A stretch of DNA of 64,000 nt. Source: Lama guanicoe (lineage: Eukaryota). The position numbers and the translations under genes are program-made. Positions 25,626 through 37,171 of this stretch are shown piece by piece. The number at the start of each line of letters is the position of its first letter. The first letter of the stretch is position 1. The notes beneath the pieces were generated by a model. That model worked only from the letters and a program-made list of their open reading frames with translations. It had not been told where the DNA came from and made no database searches. Location: NCBI GenBank assembly GCA_013239625.1, contig MU054400.1, forward strand, positions 3,969,802-4,033,801. The letters run 5' to 3'.

Positions 25626-27856
25626 TGCTTCACTTTTCCAATTCTGCTTAGCAGTTTACCCTAAAATTAATCACAAGTCTTTGGCAAGAAGGATCAAACT
25701 TTTAGAAGGAGACTGTTTGGGGATAGACCAAAGATCAATCTTTGGTTGTGAAAGAAAGCTTTCTCATTGTGATGTTTATTGCCAGGCTGAGCCACATGGG
25801 CTTTGAATCCTTGGGCCTTGTTAAATACTAAGCTCCAAACAGCTCAGTTAACTGGCCAGTGAAGGGTCACATATTTGCAAAAAGGGAAACAGTCTTCACC
25901 TCTACCTCTCGTGGTTTTCAGCAGCCAAATACAGTTCCTCATTTCATGGCTGAAGAATGCAAAGAACATTTTCCCTTGATTAGCATGGTTCCTCCAGATC
26001 CCCTCCCACCCCATCATTCTGGGCAGAGAGCCTTTTAACCGTGCAGTTCTGTTCAATTGACTTCTTATTGCTGGTTTTTCTGCATCTGTCCCCGGTGCAT
26101 GCTTCCCCGATAGAGACAAATGTCTTAATATTTTTCACAGTTTTACCTAGAGTTTTTAGAATCTTAGAGATTCAACCCATCAGTAAAATTCAGGATTGCT
26201 TTTTGTCTTATATGTATTTCTAGACTTGAAGATTGTTGAATTTTCATCTTGAGAGGACAAAACTAACCATATTCAAGTCATTCTACTAACATACTATGAG
26301 CAGTGACTGACGATTATTACTGTATGTTAACCTGTGGTCAATTCTCTTCTTTTGGCCTTGAAATCCAAGTGTCTCACGGAGAGATGTATGACTCACTGTC
26401 TTTGGGGGAAGGTGCTTTGGCTGTCCCGGTCCCTCACTCACCTCGCAGACGTTCGTGAGATCAGAGGCAGGGCTGAGCCTCTGGGAATGGACTCCCCACA
26501 TATTGTAATTCTAAGGAGTAAAGGCTGCTGTGTCCTCTATTATGTCATCATTCTACATGTTTCTGACTATGGGGAGGAAGCCAGAGAGAACGAACAGTAA
26601 TTTCCTGTACTGGAGGTGGTGCTGGATTTCGGACACAGTCAACAGGCAGGGGGGACATCTGCAGCTGCCCATAGGCGCTTTTCTGATTAGAGCTTTATAA
26701 ATGTAATGAGTTCCACTTCTAACAGATTCGACTGTATTGACAGAAGAGCATTCCTAGATCCAAGGAATAAATTGCCAAATGCAACAAATTGCCTTTGGTT
26801 AATTCTGTAATCAGAAATCTTGTCTCTTGAGAAGTGCTTAATGCAATTAGCAACTTACAAATCATCTTTTGGGGGGTCAGTTTCTTAAGTTTTATGGAAA
26901 AGAATAGATATACATTTGAAAATTCTTGCCCAAGTTTAAGGAGACAAAGCTTATTCTGTGAATTCTCTAGGCGACCAAAATATTGGAGAAGAGCACGACA
27001 TTTTTCCTAAATAGACTGCGGAAAGTAGGACATAATTTCTTATCAGTATTTCCAGGGACCAAAACTTGCAGGCGAGAACGACCAGCAAATCAACGAATTG
27101 TGTTTTGCTTTAACTTTTTCTTTTTAGAAAGAGCTCCTTGCTGAGTTGTTGTAAGTAAATTATGCTTCCATACGGAACAGAAATAAAAATCACTTTCATT
27201 CCAGCCGTCAGTTTTCTTTCATCCCTGTTTCCATAATGAGCAAACCTTGTTTGAAACCTTTATTGCAAAGGTGTTATGTGCCACTTCTCAACCAAGTAGG
27301 CAATTAGAAATGTGCGATTTGAACTCTATATCCAGAGCTGTACAAATATTTGAATTTTGGTTTCAGCAGAGCATTTCTCCATCATAACATTGCCGTGTGG
27401 CTTAACCTAGCACTTGTTGGCTTTCCTCCTTCCCAATCTACCAATGGTTGCATTTCAATTAGAACCTGATTTATCTCCAGAAAGTTACCAGAATGAACTA
27501 ACTATTAGTGAGCTCACTGGAAAGTATTGCCCAGGTGCTCTGGTAAGCAGGGGTCGTGATCTTTAGCCTTCTCTCCTACTTATCGTCTCTACAGTTCTCA
27601 GGAAAGCCTTCTCTAAATGAAGCGATTGCCTTTAAGTGTCCTTAGGAATTTGAACAGATTGAAACTGCCTGAAGCCATGGGGTTTACTGAATGGCTTTAA
27701 AAAATAGACATTTCAAAGAGCAGGGGAGGGAGGAGAGACGGGAGACCTCCTTCAAAATGGCTCCATAGTTTCTTGATTAACAATAGGCAATAGATACATA
27801 TTTTAGGGCTATTGATGTTCAGAAGTTGGCTTGGCAGCCTAGTGCAGATGCTACTA

Positions 27857-27858
<2 letters not shown>

Positions 27859-27900
<42 letters not shown>
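27859..27900. repeat. (TG)n microsatellite
   Basis: Perfect TG run of about 21 units. Confidence 0.95.
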
Positions 27901-27901
<1 letters not shown>

Positions 27902-27934
27902 TACAACCCTATCAGTTACATTTTATATATACAA

Positions 27935-28146
27935 AGGCACACACCTCTGTATATGCATTGCATGTATTTATAAATTATATTCATGCCCTATGATGTCAAT
28001 ATATGATGTACATTGAAACACATATAGAAATAGAAAATGTAAAAGGATGACATGAAGAATATAAATGAATAGAAGTGCTGATATTTCCTTACTGTGTGCC
28101 ATTGGGCACCCCTGGGGTACGCTTTCCCTGCTTTGGAGTCCGCTGC
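27935..28146. mobile_element. hAT-Charlie-like DNA transposon fragment
   Basis: End cacccctggggtacgc...ctttggagtccgctg resembles Charlie termini; AT-rich body. Confidence 0.45.
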
Positions 28147-28598
28147 TCTGGAGAACACAGCGAAATATACTGCCCTTGAATAACGCACAATGTAGGCAGG
28201 ACCCTTGTGTGTGGAGTGAAGGGGGCATTGAACTGGGAGCTGGTGCACGTGGGTTTTGATCTGTCTTTCTAAGTAGCCCAGAGCTGCCACTCCAGTTCCT
28301 TTGTATTTTGTTTTGTCAAATGAATGTGAAAGGGGTTGAATTTACTTAATTCACTCCAAGATTCTGGCCCCTGAGATCTAAGACAGAGGCCTGGGGAAAC
28401 TGAGGAAGCTACTATAGCGGAGATTTGGGAAATGGGTGGGATTCGGATAGTCAGAAGGAAGGAGACGATTTCCCACTGGGGTGGAGGCAACTCTAGCAAA
28501 AGGCAGACTCAAAGATGAGGGTGGCAAGGCTGGGAAACCATGAAACAGAAAAGTTAGGGGCTGGTGGGAAATATTTTTCGGTAAGCAAGGAATGACGG

Positions 28599-29118
28599 TG
28601 CTGCTGGAAAAATAGGGCATGAGAGGATGGCCATGTTCCAGGTCTCTGTTGAGTCTCTGGGATGTGCCCTGCCAAGTGAGGGCCCTTGGCTTCATGCAGG
28701 GAAAAATTCAAGAGCGAGCCATAGTAGAGTGAAGGTAGATCTATTCAGAGAGATACATACTCCGTAGACAGAATGTAGGCCTTCTCAAAAAGCAAGAGAA
28801 AGGCCACAAGGTGCGGAGTTGTTAGTTTTTATGGGCTTGGTAACTTCATATGCTAATAAGTGGGAGGGTTATTCCAACTACTTTGGGGAAGGGGCTGGGA
28901 TTCCCAGGAACTGGACCACCACCCACTTTTTGGCTTTTTATGCTTAGCCTTGAAACTGTCATGGTGCCTGTGGGCATGCCATTTAGCATGCTGATGTATT
29001 TCAGTGAGCATATAATAAAGCTCAAGGTCTACTGGGAATTGATTCTTCTACCATCTTGGTGCTAATTGCTGTGTCAGTCAGTTAATGGCTGTGTCCTGCC
29101 CGCTTCCCTCCTGTCTCA
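28599..29118 (-). mobile_element. MER41-like ERV1 solo LTR with 4-bp TSD
   Basis: TG...CA termini flanked by ACGG (28595-28598) and ATGG (29119-29122); colinear with the reverse complement of MER41 (cttggcttcatgcagggaaaaattcaagagcgagcc...tactccgtagacaga...tatgctaa...aaactgtcatggtgc...ccatcttgg). Confidence 0.8.
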
Positions 29119-29699
29119 ATGGGACAGACTTTGAAGCCCTCAGAGTGAAGCATAGGAGTTCAACTTGACGCTATAGATGAAAGTAAATCACTTGAGTGAT
29201 AGTATAATTGTAGATTTTTTTTTTAAGGAACATTCATGTGTTAGTGGCATGTAGGATGAATTGAAAGAGGAAGATAAGTCTGGAATTAACACTATGACCT
29301 GGAAGGTTGGAGCATTTGTTCATTTACTCATTTAGTCAATCAAGCTTTCAATCACTGAACATATGATTGTGGCATGTTTAATGTGTGTCAGGGTAACAAG
29401 TAAGAACAAAAGAGTCATGAGCTTTGACTTTGTGGAGCTTTTGGCATCTATTGAGGGAATATAAACTAAACAAAATCTGATACAAATATTTAATTAAAAA
29501 GTTTGATAAACACTAGAAAAATGAAAAGATTTCTCATAAGGACAAGAATAAATTTGTTACAATTCATGAGAGGGAAGAGAAATAGTATATTTGACAGAGA
29601 CAGCAAAGGAATAATAACCTGCTTTGGAGGTGGAATAAGATGACTGATGTATTGGAAGAATCAAAGATGACCCCAAGGCATCCATCCTGAAGGAAAATG

Positions 29700-30280
29700 T
29701 TCTGTCACACTGCTCACATTCTGGATTTTGATGATTGTATCCTCTGGTGTCATTTGTCATGTTGTTTTAGCCCCTGTATTTCCTATAATCTGTCAGTTTA
29801 ACATGGAGGCCTGATTGAATTTAGGTTCAACTCTGCAGCCTGAATATATCTTAGATGGGGCTCTGTCCTTCCCATCTCCTCACCTCAGAAGATAATTACC
29901 CTTCATGGCCTTTCTTTCTGTTGCTGTTACTGTTGATCAGTGGTCTTAGGTGTTATCAGCCTGGTTCTTCAATGATCTTTCACCTAATGGTTTTAGCAAC
30001 CACTAATGATCATTAAGGGCTGTTAAATGGTGATTTTCTAATTCTGTGATTTCTTGTGTATCTGTTGCCCTCATCAACTATTTGGTGGTCCTGAAAGAAA
30101 GACTGAATGTGAAGGGCAGAATGAATGCTTGATCATTTTTCTTTATTTACCATTTTCAGAATAATGAGTTGCTTCTCTAGCATCCTCCAGAAATAACCAA
30201 TTTTCCTGTTTAGTATTTTTCATATCATAATCAATTTCTGAGTTTTTAGCATAATTGGTATGTTTCAATCCATTGCAGTT
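29700..30280 (-). mobile_element. Old L1 (L1MC/ME-like) 3' region fragment
   Basis: Diverged T-rich sequence with tttcacctaatggttttagc...aaatggtgattttctaattct. Confidence 0.5.
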
Positions 30281-33133
30281 GTAATGGGAAGAGAAACGTT
30301 TCCTTCTACCCTGTTAGGTTCATTTCCTGGGGAATGTGAATCAAACAAAAGATAGATTAATAGGAGTAGGAGCTAGAAACCAGGAGAATGGATTAGAAAC
30401 CTTAACAGTTTCTCACCACTTCCAACTTCAATGATATGGCTGACCTTGAGCAAAGCATGCACCTAGCCCAGGAATTGGAGAAGGTAAAGGAAAATCTGGG
30501 GATGGTGGAGCCCCAGAGGCTTGGCTACTGCCCTGTGTCAATGACATGAGCTGCGATAGAGCCCAGGACCCCTCAACTGACATTTTAAGTGTAGTAGTTA
30601 GATGGCTGCTGCTTCACTTCCACCTTGCAAATTTCCAAATGTCTTTTGTGGTCCACCTTTGTTGATTCTGCTTAGCCTTTATCTTCCTCATGGATGTGAT
30701 ACCACATTTCTTTCTTTTTATTTCAATTAGACATTACACTGTATCACTGTCTCCAGCAAGTATTAAATAGTATTCCTTTATTCTCTCATTCCAACGACAA
30801 AGTTGTGTGATAAGGGCTTTCCTATAGAGTCATCGTATGGTTACGAGTCGGGGAGACCCTGGAGTAGTAAATGATAGTTTTAGCAAAAACATATTTTTTT
30901 TTTCCTACCAGGGTGAGGATATGGGATTACAACACTCCCTAGAATGAATAAAAACCCAAACAGGAAATGCTGGTGCCAAAGTATCAGAAAATGGATCTGC
31001 CTGTGAGCTCACTGGAGATGGTGGAATCAGCAGATAGGGTTTATTGTTGAAGCTGAAGGACATATGAGAAACGCATCATCTCATAAAGACCATTCAGATT
31101 TCAAACCTCCTTTCAAGTTTTGTAGTTAAGTGTAGCAACAATCAAGGTCATCTAATTAGGAAATTATAATACTCCTTAATTCACATCTTGGTGGTGGCTT
31201 TTGCAGAAGAAATCTGGCTGCTCTCAAAGGAGGTTCCAAATCTACTGGAAGGCGACCTCTGTTCATTGGTTCATTTCTAATTCTTAATCTCCTCTCTGGG
31301 AGTAATTTCCACACTGCTGAAAGTTGACTTCTGTTCTGCCCTAACTAGCTCTGTGATCGTACTCACGGGGTCTGGAGTCCCACCTGCCACATCTTGAAAT
31401 GACAGGGTTGGACGTGGATGATTCCTAATGCTTCTAATGGCTTTAACGATATGTGTGACTATGACAGCTTAAATGACCACTTTCCCGTAACCATCAGGTT
31501 TCTCTCTTCAGGCTGCCAGAAGACAAATTTATGGCCCCATGTGACATATAATTAGTACTAAGCTTATTTCTGGCTTCACTGAATACATACTTTCATTTTC
31601 TCATTATTCTTTCTCTTGCCTAGTTCTATTTCATGCTTTCATTTTTCCTTATGTTATCTTTGCAAACTATCTTAAAAATACTTTGGAAAATGGCAGGGTA
31701 TAAATGCAGAAGCATTTATTTTTATTTCATGATACAGAAGCAGCAATACAGGATTATAATTAAGAAAATTACTTCTCAGCCATTGAATGTAGAAAAAGGA
31801 TTTTCATTATTTGAGGACTTCAGTTAATTGAGTTGTGTGCTGCGTTCTGGGGAAGACATTTCAATATGTGTACAAGCACAGACACATCAAAGAGAGTGAT
31901 GGATTCTGTCTTTTTCTGACCCCTTCTTTGTATAGGTCCTTGGCTCTGGTCAGATTTCCCTACTTTCTACAAACAAGCCAAGCTCGTTCCCAACTTCAGA
32001 TCTTTGTTGCTTGATCTTCTGTTTCTGACTATCAACCCTTTTCTCCCTCCCTAAATCTTGAGGCAAGACTTCTTTCCCTTACACATGCATATATGGTCTA
32101 TCCTTCAAGGCTCATTTCAAACCTTACCTCCTCCCTAGTGCATGCTGGGTAAGTCTGCATCATGGAATTGAGTACTTCAGATTGTATCATCCTACACTTC
32201 TTTTAAAGTACGGTATTTTGTATTTTAAGACTTGCAAAATCTAAGTTTGATGTGGCTATAATTTCTATACAAGGAGTTGGAGCCAAAAACTACCCCTTTA
32301 TTTGATCAATAGTCATAATGAAAACAATATAAACAAAGGCGTAAGCGCCAAGATTCTAAAAATATTTTGAAAGGTGGAAAAAACGTGGAGCAGTCGATGA
32401 TTTAGTGGTCACTGAGAACCCCAAGTGTTTTCACTGAAAATATGAACTCAGCCATTTAAAAGTGCCTAATAGGTTTGTTTTGCTTCTCACCTAGGTCTCT
32501 GTGACTGGCAGGTACAGCACCAAATGTGAGTGTTCTGCCGACTGTGGCCAGTACTGGAAACGCGAACTGTGGCTTGAGGTTACGTGTCATATCTGAGCTC
32601 ACACATCTTTAATGGCTTCTCCCAGCCCAGGCAGGTGAATGTGGCAATTGCCTATTTACTTGCCCAGTTGTCCTCTGGTGGTTAGTTCTTTGGGCAGAAC
32701 CGAGGCCCATCACGTCCACCACTGATTGCCTAGACAAGACCCACAGAGCCGGACACCTCACGTTACCCTGGAAATGAATTTTGCTTCGCGAATTAAACAC
32801 TTCCAGAGCAAACAAGGCCCAACCCTCCAGAGTGAGCTTTTATTTACCCATTAAATGTTTTGTTACTTTTTTTGCCAGCCAGATGGTTGTGGGAAGTAGT
32901 TTTTGAAATACATGTGCAGGATCCACGACTTTTTGCCAGCGTAATCTGAAGTCCATGCCCACGTTTAGCGTCAAGTGCTGCCCCTCCAGCAATGGTAAAA
33001 TTGAGACACATTCTTCTCTTTATTTGGCTTGTTAAACCACAGATCCCTTTGAAACCCAAATTATTAAAACTTAGTGAAATATGGGGATTGGTGGCTGTCT
33101 GGTAAACATAGATTTTGCCACAATGCAAATCAC

Positions 33134-33490
33134 AGAATTTAGAAGAAATTCATGTTTAAGATTAGAATATTACTATAGTTTTGCTTTCAAAGTAAATACA
33201 GCTTGTGTGTGTATGTGTGTGTGTGTGTACAACATGAAGTCCTGGGTCAAATTTACCCAGACTAGTGCTTTAGCAAAAGGAAAAATTATGGTCTATTCGT
33301 TACTAGAGAAACAATATTTTATTAATATCATCATACATTTAAAATTTCTACTCACATTTTCTCCCAAAGATATTTGAAGCGACTCATATTAATAATTATA
33401 TATCACAAGTTCTGATGTAGCAATTACTTTGTGCCAGGCATTGTTCTATGTATTTATTTATTTTTACATATAGTTCTATTTCTATATATT
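33134..33490 (+). repeat. Inverted duplication, left (ancestral) arm
   Basis: Reverse complement of 34266-34638 apart from the microsatellite and one adjacent substitution. Confidence 0.97.
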
Positions 33491-33670
33491 TATGTTTGTG
33501 CCTACATTCTATTATGAACTCATTTACTGTCCCCATTTTACAGGTGAGGAAACTGAGACACAGAGTGGTTAATTACCATAAGGTCACGTAGCTGAGGGGC
33601 AGAGCCAACATCCTTACCCAAGTAGTCCAGCTTCAGAACCCAGGCCAATGCTCTCTACCACGATGTTAAA
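33391..33670 (-). mobile_element. MIR SINE straddling the end of the left arm
   Basis: tactttgtgccaggcattgttcta...ccccattttacaggtgaggaaactgagacacagagtggttaa...aaggtcacgtagct. Confidence 0.85.
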
Positions 33671-34185
33671 TATTAGAGTAAAATTGGAACTTCAGAGCAA
33701 ATTCCCACCTTCAGAGCAGTAGTTCAGCTGTGATATCAACTCCTCGAGGGATCTTTCCCTGCCCACTTCTGCCCTCTGCTGAAATGGGGGCCAGCCACAT
33801 TTGCCTACGCAGCACCCCATCTTTAATTTGGTCGTATCACTTATCACCCGGCATAATAATTGTTCATGTCCTATTGGGCTTTCCAAATAGACACTATATT
33901 CCTTGAAGGATTGTGTGTGATTCACTGTTGGATCCCCAGCCCAGATCCTGACCTGGACCGTGAACTAACTCTTTAAATCTTTGTTGAAAGGACAAATGAA
34001 TGAGTGAATGAATGAGTGATTGTGACCCTGTGTCTTCAGCTGTGCTCTCAGTGGCAGCCTTGCCTGCCCTCTCCCACAAAATGTTCACTAAGAGCATGGC
34101 GATGCCTGCCCTGGTGCCAGAATTCAAGACTAACCCTCCAGCAGAAAACTACATGTTTCAAAATCATTGCCAGAGAGGGGGAAAA

Positions 34186-34265
34186 TTAATATATATAGAA
34201 TATATTATAATATATAATATATATAAATTATAATATATATATAATAATATATATATAAATATAAT
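34186..34265. repeat. AT-only low-complexity filler at the duplication junction
   Basis: About 80 nt almost entirely A/T, (TA/TAA)n-like. Confidence 0.9.
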
Positions 34266-34525
34266 AATATATAGAAATAGAACTATATGTAAAAATAAAT
34301 AAATACATAGAACAATGCCTGGCACAAAGTAATTGCTACATCAGAACTTGTGATATATAATTATTAATATGAGTCGCTTCAAATATCTTTGGGAGAAAAT
34401 GTGAGTAGAAATTTTAAATGTATGATGATATTAATAAAATATTGTTTCTCTAGTAACGAATAGACCATAATTTTTCCTTTTGCTAAAGCACTAGTCTGGG
34501 TAAATTTGACCCAGGACTTCATGGT

Positions 34526-34569
<44 letters not shown>

Positions 34570-34638
34570 GCTGTATTTACTTTGAAAGCAAAACTATAGT
34601 AATATTCTAATCTTAAACATGAATTTCTTCTAAATTCT
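34266..34638 (-). repeat. Inverted duplication, right (derived) arm, including (CA)n at 34528-34568
   Basis: Reverse complement of 33134-33490; ORFs 33081+ and 34379- share the identical spurious peptide MKSWVKFTQTSALAKGK...SPKDI. Confidence 0.97.
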
Positions 34639-35169
34639 TTGACTGGAGAAACCCTGGTGTAAACAGTACATCTATGTAAGTTTCAAAGGGGTGACTGCAA
34701 GCTTTTTTGACAAAGATGAGGAGATGTGTTCAGTAATTCTAAGGCATTTGTTATTTACAAACATGTTCCTGACATCTTGGCTGTCAGACATTTTTTTCTC
34801 AAATGAAATGCCAAGAATGTGCCTGAGAGCAACAAATACCTTTCATTTGGAGGCCCATCTCTGTGCTTCTGATGAGATGTGCCCCACCTCTCCACCTGCT
34901 CCCCGCCCCCCAGCCTTCCTTAGGTGTGCCCTTCATGCACCTCACACTCTAGCCCAGAGGACCTGACCACCCCTTCTCTGGTTACCTTGGCAACACGTAC
35001 CAGCCTTAGGGGGCTCAGGCTACACTCACTCATTTCCCCAAATAAATGCTGACTGAGCCGCTGTGGTGGTGGAGCCGTATAGTCCCTGAAAACACTTTCA
35101 TGATGTTACTTTTCAAATTCATTATCAGCCGTTTTGGACTGATTCGCTCTCTTGGCTGGATATGTTCCC

Positions 35170-37167
35170 ATGAATAACTTGTGGTGGATATAGATGATTT
35201 TACTACTGTTGTCTTTTATGTGCTTGATCCACTACCTACACTGTATGTTTGCCTTTGCCAAGGAGATTTTTCTTTTCCTAATTTTCTTCCTTATAGCTCT
35301 GGTCTTTTCTGCTTAGAGAAGTCCCTTTAACATTTCTCACAAAATTTGCTTGGTGATGCTAAACTCGTAGCTGTAGCTTGTCTGGAAAACGTTTGACCTC
35401 TCCATCAAATCTGAATGAAAGCCGTGCTGGGTGGAGTGTTCTTGGTTATAGGCTCCTCCCTTTCGTCCCTTTAAATATTTTGTGCCACCCTCTTCTGCTG
35501 CAGAGTTTCTGCTGAAAAGTCAGCTGATAGTCTTACGGGCGTTTCCTTGTGTGCAACTAATTGTTTCTCTCTTGATGCTTTTACCTTTAATTTTTACCGT
35601 TTTAATTAGAGGGTGTCTTGGTACGAATCTCTTTGCGTTCATCTTGTTTAGGACTCTCCATGCTTCCCGGACCTGGATGTGTTTCCTTTCCCAGGTTAGG
35701 GACGTTTTTAGTTATTATTTACCGAAGTGAGATCTCCACCCCTTTCTCGCTCTCTTCTCCCTCTGGGCCCCCTGTTGTGGGAATGTTAGTGCCCTAGATG
35801 TTGTCTCAGAGGTCTCTTAAACTACCCTCACTCTAAGAAGTTCCTTTTTCCTTTTCCTTTTCAGCCTAGGGGATTTCCACTTCCCTGTGTTCCACATTGC
35901 TGATCTGTTCCTCTATATCGTCTTAAGCTGCTGTTGATTCCTTCTAATGTATTTTTTATTTCAGTTATTGTATTCAGCTCTGTTTGGTTCTTTTTTATAT
36001 TTTCTAACTCTTTGTTGGAATTTTCACTAAGTTCATCATTCTTCTCCCAAGCTTGGTTTATGATGGTTACCTTGCGCTCTTTATCAGGTAGATTGCTTAT
36101 CTTCACTTCATTTAGTTCTTTTTCTGAGATTTGGCTTATTTTTTCATTTGGAATATATTCCTCTATCTCCTCATTTTGCCTAATTCTCTGTGTTTATTTC
36201 TATGTATTAGGTAGGTCGGCTATGTCTCTTGATCTTGGGGAAGTGGCCTCATGGAACCGACATCGTAGGGGGCCCAGCAGCATGTTCCTCTGTGGTCACC
36301 AGAGCTATGTGCTTAGAGCACCCTTCTGAGGGCTGCGTGTGCCCCTCTGTTGTGGTGAGCTGACTACTGTGGGTGTGTTTGTGGGTGGGGCTGGCTCCCA
36401 GCCGCTTTTGCTGTGAGGCCTGCCTTGTGCAGTGGCCGTGAACCCGCTGCTACATGGGACAGGCCTCCTGTGCCTCTGGCCATGTGGCCTGGAGATGCAT
36501 GGCTGCTGTGGGCCCACTGGTGGGCAGGGAAAGCCCCCAGTACCAATAGGTTAGAGGGAAGTTTCCAGAATTGCACTGGCGTCACCACAGTAGAATGAGC
36601 TCTCAAAAATGGCTGCTGCCAGTGTCTCTGTCCCCAAGAGGTATCCCAGTTGCCTCCCGCCTCTCAGGGAAAGCTCTACAAAATCAGCAGGTGAGTCTGA
36701 CCCAGGCTCCTTTCAAACTGTTGTCTCTGTGCTGGGACTCGGAGTATGTGAGATTCTGTACGTGCCTTTTAAGAGCGGGGTCTGTTTCCTGTAGCCCTCG
36801 GGGCTCTCCCGAATGTAAGCATCCCTGATTTTCAAAGCCAGACTTTCTGAGGGTTTGTCTTTCTAGTGCAGGACTCCTGGGGTTGGGACACCCCATGTGG
36901 GGCTCAGACACCTTGCTCCTCGGGGAGGAGTTTGCTGTTGTGATGTTCTTGCCCTTTGTGGGTCACTGACCTGGCGATGTAGGTCCTGACTGTACTGCAT
37001 CTCCACCCCTCCTACCCATCTCTTTGTGGCTCCTTCTTTATATATATATAGTTGTGGGAAAGCTTCTCAGCCAGTCTTTACCTCGTTCTGATAGGTAGTT
37101 GTAATTTTGATGTGCCCATGGGGGGAGCTGAGTTCGGGGTCTTCCGACTCTGCCATCTTGGGGAAGC
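35170..37167 (-). mobile_element. LINE-1 5' portion (5'UTR plus degenerate ORF1)
   Basis: Minus strand begins ...caagatggcagagtcggaagacccc (L1 YY1-type 5' end); ORF 35861-36106 (ISNLPDKE...LSENSNKELENIKKNQTEL..ITEIKNTLEGINS) resembles the laurasiatherian ORF1p coiled coil. Confidence 0.88.
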
Positions 37168-37171
37168 TCTT

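Noticed and set aside
33769..33782. CTCF-like TCAGCAGAGGGCAG (minus strand) in the spacer of the inverted repeat
   Set aside because: Imperfect match of a kind common by chance; not supportable without a PWM score or ChIP data
33081..34567. Two ORFs with an identical C-terminal peptide (MKSWVKFTQ...SPKDI) on opposite strands
   Set aside because: A by-product of the inverted duplication; they include translated microsatellite (CVCV) and are not paralogous genes
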